Assembly: GCF_006345805.1 (NCBI RefSeq)
Contig: NW_021833647.1
Location: forward strand, 10,932 to 74,931
Source of the DNA: Octopus sinensis
Taxonomy: Eukaryota
DNA length: 64,000 bases
Reading direction: 5' to 3'
Shown in pieces: positions 11,823 to 23,790 of this stretch; the stretch's first letter is position 1, and each line of letters begins with the position of its first letter. Both the position numbers and the translations under genes were made by a program. The notes under the pieces are model-generated. The model was not told where the DNA came from. It made no database searches and was given only the letters and a program-made list of their open reading frames with translations.

Positions 11823-14704
11823 ATGAACAAACAAGAAAAATGCTTTGACTGTCAGAGAGATGTGCACCTATCTTGTGCCGGCTTAACAAAGATGTCATCT
11901 GCAGCCCTCGCAATCTGGAAATGTCCAGCGTGTCTCAGTGCTTGTCCCCTAAAGCCAGCACCCCTTCAAAATCCCCCACTCCCGTCTCGTCCGGTTGTTT
12001 GTGACATCCCCTTCGAAGATTTGTTATCCTCTGTTGCCGGTCTGCGCCGCGCACGGAAGATATGCATAAAAATTCCGAAAGCAGCTCGGATTGCCGTCGC
12101 CGACTCGCTCACGAAGACCATTGTAAACGCCCTCGATTCTGACCAGCCTGCTGATTGGCTGAAATTATTTTGCTTTGGTCCCATGGCAATTGGCACACCC
12201 TACAGGGAACCTAATTCGAAGCAGCGCGGTTCACTGACTTCGCAATTAAAGGAAAATTTGACTCTCTTCGACAAAAATCCATTCACGGTCCTTCCTACTC
12301 CCCCCGCTGAATTTGAGACCCCTTTAACGAATAAACCTGAACGCACAAACCTTCGTAATAAAGTCCACGCCAAGCTTATGGAAAACGATGTTAAAGCTGC
12401 TGTTCGCCTTGTGGCTTCCGATGACGTTGTTCTACCTCCGTCGGAAGAGCTTCTCGAGGCACTCAAACTTAAACATCCGGCTGCCCCCACCGACCTCCGT
12501 GCTTTGCCAGTCCTCTCTGGAACCCCTACACATTCCTTTACGCCCTCGGAGATCTTAAGCTGCATCGCGAGTTTCCCCCTCAGCAGCAGTGGTGGCGTGG
12601 ACGGTCTTCGTCCTGGCCACCTACGTGACCTGACGTCCCCGGTTACAGGCGAGGCAAGAACCCGCCTGGTGAAGGCAATTACTGCTCTTTGCAATCGGTT
12701 CTTCTCCGGCGACCTTATCCCGTATGCACGTGACTTATTCTTCTCTGCCAATCTCACTGCCTTAAGGAAGACCGATGGTGGAGTTCGCCCCATCGCTGTC
12801 GGAAATGTCTTCAGGAGGCTGGCTGCTAAGCTTGCTTGCAGGCTCGTCTCTACTGATCTTGGCGCATTTTTCGGACCTGTTCAACTTGGAGTTGCTGTCA
12901 AGAATGGATGTGAAGGCGCCGCCCACGCAATGAGATGTTATATCGCCAATGCGTCAGCCGATTCTCGCCATGACAGGGCACTTCTCAAACTTGACATCAA
13001 GAACGCATTTAACTGCATCCGCCGGGATCACTTCCTGTCAGTTTGCTTCGACCAGTTCCCCGTTTTGTATCCCCTGGCGCTATTGTCATATGGAAGACCT
13101 AGCTCTCTAGTATTCGGTTCGGATATTATTCCTTCAAGTACGGGAGTTCAACAGGGCGATCCACTAGGTCCCCTTCTCTTTGCCTTGGAATAAATGGAAT
13201 AGCTCGGTCGGTTTCTTCCGAACTGAATATTTGGTATCTGGACGATGCCACTATTGGCGGCTCCCCAGAGACGATTTTAAGAGACGCTTTGTCGTTGGCA
13301 CCTGCACTTCTGAGGATTGGATTGGAGATTAACCCCACCAAATCCGAATTAGTCGGTGTCAACATTCCTGATAAACGCCTTGACGACCTTTCATCGTCCC
13401 TCCGCACTGGTCTTGGCCAAGTGCGCGCGACTGACGTAAATGATCTCCGGATCCTTGGATCCCCCATCCTGCCGACTGCTATTAAGACTGATCTTCTTAC
13501 CAAACATTCCACGTTAACTATTTTGCTGGACCGCCTCACGTTTTTGGACAGCCACGTCGGCCTGTTTCTTGCGAAAAACTTTTTCGCCCTGCCTAAATTA
13601 CTCTACTCCCTCAGAAGTGCACCTTGTTACCTACATGAGGACATTCTCACTGATCTCGGCGACTCCCTTCGTTCGAAGATCGAATCAATATGCAATGTCG
13701 AGTTCGACTCTTTGGGGTGGAGTCAAGCTTCACTCCCCGTACGCCACGGAGGCCTTGGAATTCGGTGTCCGAATGATGTTGCACTGCCTGCCTACCTGTC
13801 GTCACTTTCTTCATGCCAGAAACTCATGGGCACGGTTCTTCCAACCGATTTTGAACATTACGTGCCCTCTGAGTTATCATCGGCGGTCGTAAAGTGGCAC
13901 TCGCTAGGACTGGAAATCCCAGAGGATCAGCATAAGCAATTTGTTTGGGACGAAGTCCGCCTACAATCCCGAATCCAATCTTTACGTACATCTTTCGACC
14001 AACACCGCTTGGCCTGCTTTGAGACGGCATGTCGCCCTCACAGCGGAGCCTGGCTAAATGCCACTCCACTGCCGAGCATTGGGAACCTTCTGGACTGCGA
14101 GTCCGTACGCACTGGAATCTGTTTACGTCTCGGTCTTCGCCTATGCGAGCCACATGTCTGCCGCTGTGGCGCGAAAATCTGTCGCTTTGGATTGCACGCT
14201 CTATCGTGTAGACGCAGTGCTGGCCGCATCCCGCGTCACGCCGCTCTTAACGACCTTATCAGGAGAGCCCTGGAAGTCGCCGGAATCCCCTCCCTGCTTG
14301 AACCCACTGGGATCGATCGGGGGGACGGAAAAAGGCCTGACGGGATAACTGTGTTTCCTTTCAACAGGGGGAAGCCTCTCACCTGGGATGCCACGTGTGT
14401 GGACTCTTTCTCGCCTCAGAACCTGCTGATGTCGGCCTCGGCTCCTGGATCTATTGTCACAACCGCGGAATGCAAAAAGATGCGGAAGTACTCCTCACTT
14501 ACGGAGAAGTTCCAATTCCTTCCATTCGCGGTTGAGACTTCCGGTTCCTTGGGCAGTAAGGCAATCAGCTTCGTTCAGGAGATCGGATCCCGCATGTCTG
14601 CCATCACAGGCGACGCCCGCGAATCGAGATGGTTTTTCGAGCGGATATCCCTTGCGATAGTACGCTCTAATTCTTTCTCGATCGCGTCGGCTTCCCGCAC
14701 TTGA
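11823..14704 (+). CDS. Near-complete CRE-clade retrotransposon ORF: PHD-like finger, RT, zinc knuckle, restriction-like endonuclease; one frameshift near 13187
   Basis: GVRPIAVG, QLGVAV..GCE, KLDIKNAFN, GVQQGDPLGPLLF, WYLDD (in the shifted frame), CRCG..HALSC, RHAALND, GKRPDG, WDATC; restoring one G in TTGGAATAAAT joins the 456-aa and 471-aa ORFs. Confidence 0.92.
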
Positions 14705-15070
14705 GTTATAAAATGATTATTCAGAAAATTTTAAAAATTGCAAGAAAATTGAATAAAAGAAATAAAGAAAAAATATAAATTTTTTAGAAGATTCAAAATA
14801 AGTAAAGAAATGAATTAAGGAATAAAATCGGAAAATACACAAAAATAATGAATTTCAGATAATTCATTAAATGAAACTACATTTCAAATTATTCCTTTTA
14901 AATCCAATCAAATAAAAATAAAATTAAGGAGATTTATCAAAAAAATACCACAACGTGAAGCAACAGCGTGCTCACACGTGGCTTAATTATTATTATTATT
15001 AGGTTTGCCTTCATAAATTAAGATAATTAAGCAGATTATTCAGGAATTTATTATTAAATAAAATAATTTA
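14703..15070 (-). repeat. Dispersed AT-rich repeat (copy 2, inverted)
   Basis: GAGTTATAAAATGATTATTCAGAAAATTTT...CACACGTGGCTTAATT is the reverse complement of copy 3. Confidence 0.75.
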
Positions 15071-15896
15071 CAAATAAAATCAGTTTCAAAATTAATCATT
15101 TGTTATTTTGTTTCAATGTTCGTCCATTTACCGAGTTTAAGAATCCTAGTTATCTGTTTTAATAATATAGTAGTAAGAAAAACTATAAAAGCTTATAGAA
15201 AAATTTTGATGTGATATTGCTGCATATGGACAAATCAATACTCGACATTCCAGAAATTACGAACTATGTATCCATAGACACTATAAGGCGAGCGAGAGAA
15301 AGACCCAGAGGAAGCGTATTTTCACATTAGTCAATGTTCCCTATTGAAGAGGGGTGTGTATGGTTTGCGAGAAAAAAATAAGATAAAAATCCTTAATGCA
15401 CTAAGAAGTTTCATATTTAAATCCTAAATGTCTTTAATTTTTGTTTGGAGATGACATCTCGAGACAATTTGCGTATCCCCGCTGCATCGTGGATACTCCA
15501 GTTTAGAACCACTAAACTTTAATGGATGCGAACAAATGTCAATCTTACCGAGTCTTTTCGGTGGGTTATACACTGGAATAACTCTCCTTTATGTGAAGTG
15601 ATGCTATGTTTGAGGAATGTGTGTTTTCTCAAACAAATGCAATACACATCACAATTAAAGAAAAGGTCGGATTCCTGTAAATATTTTATATCAATTTTCC
15701 ATTCAGAAAATTACGTCGTTTCTCAGCATACAATACCTCTTAATAAAACAGACAAGAGAGAAGCAGTAGAGTGACGATAGGGATAGCTTTTGTGAACAGG
15801 ACCAGAGAAATGTTTATTTCGAAATGCATTTCATGTACACTCGGGCAAAAAAAACAGACATTCAAGACTTATAAACCAATTTGCCTGGCAAGACAA

Positions 15897-17028
15897 ATGC
15901 AGTTCGTGCGTCTACTGTCGAGTGCGATAACTCGTTACAACGACCGAAAGGACGACGATTGGGTAGACCGAATGAGCTATAGGTATGGCACTAACATCAT
16001 CCTCTTTTTCGCAATTGCCATGATGAGCAGGAACTTCACAGGGTCGCATCTCGTTTGCTGGCATCCGGCCATGTTTACATGTTTGTCTTGTCATAAAATT
16101 TTAAGATTCTTACACTTCATTTGGGGATTCTTACTGCTAGACTAAGGGCACATACTACGTGGCCCTTGATCAAAAACTGCCCTCATCAGATGAAATCAAG
16201 AAAAAAAGAATGTAAATTACAATTTAAAATGTAAATTGATGCTAATCCGACCGTTGTCTACTGGAGGTTAATCTGCCTGGAATAGTCAATAAATGCTCGA
16301 TTGCTCATAAAATTGAACGAATCTCAGAATAGGAAAAAATAGCGAGCAAAATCGCGTACCAAATCGACCATTATTTGCGACGGAGAGACAACTGGGATGG
16401 GACATCGAACAGAGTCGTGTCTCTTATAAAAATGCTGATGTGGTCTGGGGGACGGAAACACGGAAACTATTTGTCTTTTGCATACTGCATCACCAAAACA
16501 CTTTTCCTCTTCAATGCGTTTGGTCAATTTTTTCTGCTGAACAGATTTTTGGGCTTTCAGTTTCACATGTACGGTTTCTACATTCTGAACGAGTACATTC
16601 ACGGAAAAGAAATAAACGAGTCCTCTTTCTTCCCGCGGGTAACCTACTGCGATATCCCCGAACGGACCATCAAACAGACACACATCTACACAGTCCAATG
16701 CGTGCTTCAACAAAATCTATTCTCAGAAAAAATATTCATAATTATTTGGTATATGCTCCTAATTGTCGGAGTTGCGACTTTGATCTCGTACGTCAAGTGG
16801 CTTCTTTATTTCTCGATTCCCCGTCTACGGGACGACTACGTTAGTCAGTACATTCAGGATATTGCTCCAACTGAGAACGATCAGTTCACCAAATTCATTA
16901 ACAAATACCTCAAAAACGACGGATTCTTCATTTGTCGACTTATCGCACTCAACAAAAACTGCATGATGCTTGACACTGTTGTCAACATTCTCTGGCAAGA
17001 CTTTAAAAACAAGAACCTAAATAATTAA
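15897..17028 (+). pseudogene. Innexin (invertebrate gap-junction protein), disrupted
   Basis: DDDWVDRMSYRY, LVCWHP, SYC*TKGTYYV, GNYLSFAY, FFPRVTYCD, TVQCVLQQNLFSEKIFIIIWY, YLKNDGFF; 25-nt intron at 16081-16105; in-frame TAG at 16138 and 16330; YYQW/TM2 region absent. Confidence 0.88.
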
Positions 17029-17279
17029 TTTATTGACTTTTGTTCGGATTTTGAATTTCATAGTACGAATTTCCACTTTCCGTATTTGCTACAAATTATA
17101 AAGAATATTCACGAACTAACAAATCCATTCATTATGCTTGAAATTTAAACATTTTTATAAATCATTCCAATTTTATACTTTAGTCCGTTTTTTTGTTATT
17201 TAGAAATTCATTTATTTTTTGCAGCTGGACCTGCGAACTATTAAAAATGACACTTAAAGATTTTCTCAAAATAAAGTTT

Positions 17280-17660
17280 AGTACAATTTTGTTGTAATTA
17301 AAATAAAATTTATTTTTATTAATTATTTTTAATTATCTTAATTTTTACTAGAAAACTTAATAAATTAAGCCACGTGTTATTACGGAGTCGATTCACTTTG
17401 TTGTATTTTATCAATTTTTGATCACACTTTATTTTTTTATTTAATTGGATGTAGAAGGAATAATGCGAGATGTGGTTTCTTTTAATAATTAAATTATCTG
17501 AAATTTCATCATTTTTTGTATATTTCCCGGTTTTATTCCTTTAATCTGTTTCTTTTATTTATTTTGAAACTTCTAAACACTATTATTTTCTTAGTCATAT
17601 TATTTATCAAATTTTCTCTTATTTTTTTAAAAATTTTCTGAATAACAATTTTATAACTCG
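17280..17660 (+). repeat. Dispersed AT-rich repeat (copy 3)
   Basis: AATTAAGCCACGTGTT...AAAATTTTCTGAATAACAATTTTATAACTC. Confidence 0.75.
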
Positions 17661-17956
17661 ATTTTATTTGTTTGTTCCTTTAATTATTTTTTTTATTATT
17701 ATTAAAACCTCTCGAATCTGCCGATTTTTTGCAATTTAAATAATATTTTATAGTTGAAACATTAACTTACAATATAGATTAAATCTTTCTTTTTATGTAA
17801 AAATGACTAAATACATAAAATTATTTATATTCCAAAAATCAGAAATTTTATGTTTTTTAATTAATTTTCTTAACATTTCCCCAATTCGCATAATATTTTC
17901 GTGATCGATGATCACATTTAAATTAAACATTTAATAATAAAAATAACATTTAAATT

Positions 17957-18330
17957 TTATTTATTGTAATATAATAAGAAGTAATGCTTGATATTGTCTG
18001 GATAGAAGTTTCTATCTTTTTTTAAAATATTTTTCAGCAGTTTAATAGCTTTTTCAACGGATGCAGAGGATGCCTGACAGCGTGAAAGTAAAAAATAATC
18101 TCGTTGGCTAATTTTCGGTTCAGTCATCTCAATAATAGGTTTAAATCCGTTTTCCTCCATTCTTTTATTCATATAATTTTTAATATTTGCCTTATCATCA
18201 TAAAAATGTAGTCCTTCTATGTCATAATATTCCCGATTGATTGAATAGTCGCAACATTCCGAAACTTTGAGAATATCTATTATTTGTGAATAATTGCATA
18301 TGATCTCCGTTAATTTCATCTCAATATCGG
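17957..18330 (-). mobile_element. hAT-like transposase C-terminal fragment
   Basis: CQASSASVEKAIKLLKNILKKDRNF resembles the hAT dimerisation S..VERxFS motif. Confidence 0.6.
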
Positions 18331-18484
18331 GATAATTGAATATGCATAGTTAATAACTATTTGTCATTATTCTATTTATTTTTATGGGAAAAAAATATCG
18401 GGATTATTTACATCATAGGTAGGGCAATTTTTTTTTAACCTAAAAACTTCGATTTTTTAACCTAAAAATTTTAACTTTTTAACC

Positions 18485-20797
18485 CAGTGATTCTTAACGG
18501 GGGCGCTGGCGCCCCCCTGGGGGCGCTGGAACATATTAGGGGGGCGCTGGAATTTTAATTTTTTTTAATTATTATAAATATTTTATTAGTTTTTGTAAAT
18601 CATTATCACGTGCTTTTCTATTAATTCTAAATTCAAATTGTCTTGTGTGTACGTAAAAAAATTATTCACTGATAATATTTATAAATATTTGTTAATTGTA
18701 TTTAATATTTTAGAACTTTTTAATAAATATTTTAATTATATTTTATAGATGTCTGATAAAAAAGTAAAACGACGTATATATTCGGATGAATACCTAAAGT
18801 TTGGAGTGATACCCTACGACCATAACAATTCACTTCCATGTGTCTTATGTGTAAAAAGGTCTTTACAAATGAAGGAATGAAGCCTTCAAGAATGCTAAAT
18901 CATCTTAAGATTTGTCATCCTGACAAACTTGATGCGGATATCAATTATTTTTCTAATCTGAAATATAATTATGAAAATCGTCTTATGATTAATCAACTAT
19001 TTACAAAAAATTCGAAGATGCTTGAAAAAGGCCTATTAGCATCATACAAAATATCGCAATTGATAGCGAAATCAGGAAAACCTCATACTATTGGAGAGTC
19101 ATTAATATTACCAGCTATCAAAGAAGTGTTAAATTCAATGGTTGATTGTGATTCTGAACAAATAATTTCATCAATTCCTTTGAGTAATAGTTCTGTTTCT
19201 TCCAGAATTGATGAAATGGCATTTGATATCGAAGAAACCCTATGTGCATTTTTAAGAACAACAAAATTTTCAATTCAGATTGATGAATCGACATTCAACG
19301 ATAGTGTTGCACTTTTATTAGTTTACGTACGTTATATTAATCAAAATGATGTAATTCAAGAAGAATTTTTATTTTCTGAACACCTTGAACTCGATACAAG
19401 AGGATTAACAATTTTCAAAACTGTTGAACAATATTTTTTGAAACATGAAATACCCCTTAGCAATATTTTTGCTTGTTCAACAGATGGGGCACCTGCGATG
19501 GTTGGAGTTCATCGTGGGTTTTTGGCATATATGAAGGAAAAAGTACCGAATATTTTTACAATCCATTGCGTCATTCACAGACAGCATTTAGCTGCGAAAA
19601 ATTTAAGTGAGAGGCTGAATGAATCACTAAATGTTGTCATATGTGCAATAAATCGTATTAAAATGCACCCATTGAATTCGAGAATATTTCGACATATTGT
19701 GAACAAAACGATGAGCATTATGAACGACTTCTTTTGCATACCCATGTTAGATGGCTTTCAAAAGGAAACTGTTTGTGTCGATTTTTTGAATTGTATGATT
19801 CAATCTTAGAATTTTGTCAGTTACATGAGCAGAGAATTTTTAGGTAATTATTCCTTAATCATTTTAGTAAGTTGATTTTATTGAAAGCTGATATAGCTTA
19901 TCTAGCTGATATTTTTTATAAAATCAACCAAGTAAATATTAGCTTGCAAGGAAACAATATCAATTTAATAAATGTAAAAGGAATTATTATGCCTTTTATT
20001 GAAAAATTACAACTTTATGAAAACAATATTAAGAAAAAGATTTTTATTAATTTTCCAAATCTACAAAAATTTGGGGTTATTTTTTGTAATAATATTTATT
20101 AGGTCGAAAAATTAACGGATTCTGACTGTGAATGCTTTTGCTTGCATCTAAAAATGTTAAAAGATGACATGAAAATCCGCTTTGAAGATTTAGAAAATTT
20201 AAAATTTTTTGATTGGTATATAAATCCATTTGAAACTGAAAACGTTAATTTATCTCAAGAAATAACAGAAAATTTATTAAATCTGAAATATGACTTTGAA
20301 GCTAAAGTCATTTTCAACAAATATGGATATCAACAATTCTGGGTTACTCATAGAAAAAATATCCTTTATTGTGGAATGAAATTGAAACACTTATAATAGC
20401 ATTTCCTTCAACATATCTAGTTGAAAGAGGATTTAGTGCAGTCTCTAATATTTTGACCAAAAAAAGAAATAAATTACAAATTGTGAATAGAGGAGATTTG
20501 AGACTAAGTCTGTCGACTATTGAAGCTGACATAAAACGATTGACAAATTCCCATCAAGCACAAGGCAGTCACTAAAATTTTTTTATATAAAAAAGTTTGG
20601 TTTGTGAATACCCTTTTTATTCTAAAAAAATAATAAGTAATATTCGAAAATATTAAAATGAAACATTGGCGAAAAAATTGCCAAATAAATCTATAATTGA
20701 AAAAAAATAAATTAAATAATAGGGGGGCGCTGAAATTTTGAAGCTTCGAAATTGTGTCAAAAGGGGGCGCTGACTTAAAAAAGGTTAAGAACCACTG
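18485..20797 (+). mobile_element. Full-length Buster/Charlie hAT element
   Basis: TIRs CAGTGATTCTTAAC / GTTAAGAACCACTG; 8-bp TSD TTTTAACC on both sides; GGGGGCGCTG subterminal repeats. Confidence 0.95.
18749..20575 (+). CDS. Buster-type (ZBED5/SCAND3-like) transposase with two tiny introns and a few single-base frameshifts
   Basis: YSDEYLKFG, CLMC..MKPSRM..H, KPHTIGE, IDEST, TDGAPAM, HCVIHRQHL, RWLSKG, FPSTYLVERGFS, HQAQGSH*; introns at 19844-19867 and 20076-20102. Confidence 0.85.
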
Positions 20798-22539
20798 TTT
20801 TAACCTAAAAATAACCAATTTTTAACCTATAAAACAAAAATTTTAACCTAACAAATTTTAACTTAAGAATCATTTATTATACAAACATATAACATAATTC
20901 TCTATATTTTCAATATTAAAATTTCTGTTATCCCTCATAAAGTTTTAAATTTGAGAGAAGCATCGTTCTATGGAAGAGATGAAGGCTGACACTTAAAAGC
21001 ATACAATATTTTTCAGGAGAAATTGATGATTTGTCATTCTATAATTTGACATAAATCATTTTTTTGTAATCGTTCATTCGAATATTTTTCAATTATATCT
21101 GATTCGTCGTCAAATTTTAAATTCTTTAGCTCATTGTAAGCTAACTCTATTGAGGAGTGAGAACTTTCAAATTTGCACAATAATTCTGCTATTATTAAAC
21201 TAGTTTTACCTGGAATTGTCGAATAATTTCTAACAATAGAACTTAAGCTTTTTACTAGAGATTCATCTCTTAGGCTATTTTTTGCAGCCTGAACAATGAT
21301 TCCATCATCAGGAATTGTTTTGAAAATGTTTATCACATGTATTAAATTTTTGCATAATAAAATGCAGCAGTTAGCCAAGTACCCCATCTAGTTAAAACTA
21401 CATGAGGTGGAATTCCAATTTCATTAAATAGTCGTTTTCTCTTGTTATTTTTTGTTATTGCCGCTTGAATTGATGCAATAAGAGAATCAATTTCAGGATA
21501 AATAGTCCTGATTTTCATTGAACAATTATGCATCAGATGAGCAACACAAGTTACGTGAAATAACCTTGGATATAAAAGCTTAAGAACTTTTCCAGCTATA
21601 ATTATATGTTAAATTAAAACCTGCTAGCATATATTTAGCGGAATCTGTTATTAGGAGAAGGAAATTTTGTCTTTCAATTAAAACGCATTTAATCGTATCG
21701 TCAACAATTTGAATAATTGTTTCTTTGGTAGAAGTTTTATCAATTTTTACGAAAGAAATCAAATAAATTTTATCGGGATTTTTAAGTATCCCCATTAAAA
21801 CTGCAACAAATTTTTGGCTACGAATAGTGACCTCGTCACTTATGGCGAATACAAGTTGATTTCTAAAAAATTATATTCATAAACCTAAACTTTTCTTGAA
21901 ATAATACAATATATTCAGTTTTCAATTGTTTAACCGCACATTCTTGCTTTGTATTGGGAAGGAAGAGGCAAAGAAGTATTCTTGAATAAATTCTTTAGAG
22001 GAGGCATAGTCAATTTATGCAAGGGTATATCGCATTGAATAAATGCTTTAGTGACTTGCATTGACCAGTCATCATTGGGTAACTCGTCCAAACAAAGCTG
22101 ATAGAAATTATTCTCTAAAAATTATATTAATTTGTAAAAACTTAATAAATTTGAGTGCTTCTTCGATTCTCGGTGAGAATTCACAAAATGCTTTTTCTCA
22201 CACCTGACTGTGCATAAGCAAAGTTGACATTGCAACTCGCCATTCTCTCGTAATAAAAACTCCAGCGGATATTCAATAACAATTTTTTTTGCCTTAAAAT
22301 ACATTGTTTTTGCAGTTCTTGGCATACTAAACACCCACGCGCTATTTTAAATAAAGTTAAAATTTTTAACTTTATAAAAAAAATTTTTTTAACTTTTTAA
22401 CTTTATTTTTTTCTTTAATAAGTAACTATTTCATTTAAAAAATACTTTATTTTTACTTTTAAGCCAAAATACACATTTTCATATATTTTAACTTTTTTAA
22501 CTTAAATTGCCCTAATCATAGGTTTTCACGAGAAATTTC

Positions 22540-23075
22540 TCGCGGCGCAAATGCTAATAAAAAATAATCTCGCGGCACATAATCAAAAATCAAAACATAA
22601 TTATAAATTCCAAATTCAAAATTTATTATTTTTACATAATTTTTCTATGTCTGGCTCAATATTTGATAAGGCCAGTCGCATTTCTAAATCTAAATCCAGT
22701 AGATTTTCTCGCTTATTTGTTTTAATGTTTTGTAATGCAGAAAATCCCTTTTCACACAAATAGTAAAGAAACCTGAATTTAATCATATAATAAAACAATA
22801 TACAAGTCCATTAAGTCTTCCAGACATAGATGGTGCCCCATATGTGCATACACCAACACAATTTTTAAAGGAAATATTATGTTGATTAAAATAATCAAAT
22901 ATCAAATTGTACATATCAATTGCACGAGTAGTAGTAACTAATGCCTTGCAGAAAAGAAATTGTTCAATAATAGTTTCTGACTTTTCAGTACGAATATAAA
23001 TAAGCAACTGTGCAATTTCTGCTACGTCAGTTGATTCGTAAATTTGCAATGAATATAAATTTCTTTTTAAGCCAT
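22540..23075 (-). mobile_element. Internally deleted Buster-type hAT fragment
   Basis: ESTDVAEIAQLL, CVGVCTYGAPSM and YLCEKGFSAL..KTNKRE fused together. Confidence 0.8.
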
Positions 23076-23199
23076 GAATTATTCACGTAAAGAAAAATAG
23101 AGAAGAGAAGTTAACTAATTTAGATGAGTTGCCGAACGGATGGACAGGCAATTTCCACGTAATATCGCGAACGACGTAATTTCCACGTAATTTAGGTGA

Positions 23200-23425
23200 G
23201 TTGCTGAAAAAGCCAGCTCGTTTCACGACTGTCGTGACTCCTCCTCAAGATGATTAAACCAATCTCTGTACGAGTTCGCACTTACGACCATTTAAAGATA
23301 GACCGATCTCCGCGAAACCAGACGTGATTTTGTTAATGTCCTCCAAAGGTAACATCGTCCAAATACCAAAAATTGACATTGGACGCAAGGTTGCGTGCAA
23401 TATGGTCATCGGAGGCTTTATATTG
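23200..23425 (-). mobile_element. CRE RT fragment
   Basis: Minus strand DHIARNLASNVNFWYLDDVTFGG and FAEIGLSLNGRKCE. Confidence 0.7.
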
Positions 23426-23509
23426 GAAGTGCGAATAATTGATTTAACTCAATTTATTTTTAAGGAGTATCATCCTAAAAATGATATTTGTGTGGCCTAA
23501 TTTATCTGT

Positions 23510-23790
23510 CAGGTTCGGGGGACTAGATAATATCCTACCTGAACTAATAAAGTACGCGCCAATTAAGCTTGCTAGAACAATTGCAAACATCCTGAACAAA
23601 GAATTTGAGCAGAATAGTCTATTAGACCTCGGCAAAGGATGGTTAATTCCACTAAAGAAACCCGGAAAAAAAAGAGAAACCATACCCAACTTAAGACCTA
23701 TTAGCCTAGTATCGACGCTTCGGATAACACTCTCACTGGTTGCATTAGAAAGAATAAAAACTAAGATGGCAAATTTTCTTTGGGTCAAAA
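23510..23790 (+). mobile_element. RTE-like RT fragment
   Basis: GLDNILPELIKY, LIPLKKPGK, NLRPISLVSTLR. Confidence 0.75.

Larger units (their letters stand above)
18420..22514 (-). mobile_element. hAT element (CGGBP1-related transposase) containing a nested Buster element
   Basis: TIR TAGGGCAATTT; 8-bp TSD ATCATAGG (18412-18419, 22515-22522); minus-strand transposase from about 22325 to 20900 with CQLC..HRESKKH finger, ISDEVT, TDSAKYM, HVTCVAH, TRWGTWL; tiny introns. Confidence 0.88.

Noticed and set aside
12200-12793. 197-aa antisense ORF within CRE
   Set aside because: Typical antisense shadow of a GC-rich coding strand.
13180-13200. Programmed ribosomal frameshift in CRE
   Set aside because: It falls inside the RT core with no slippery heptamer; a point deletion or sequencing error is more likely.
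16138-16332. Stop-codon reassignment or readthrough (two in-frame TAGs in the innexin)
   Set aside because: TAG terminates OSTF1 and ZC2HC1A normally, and the same gene also has a large deletion, so pseudogenisation is simpler.
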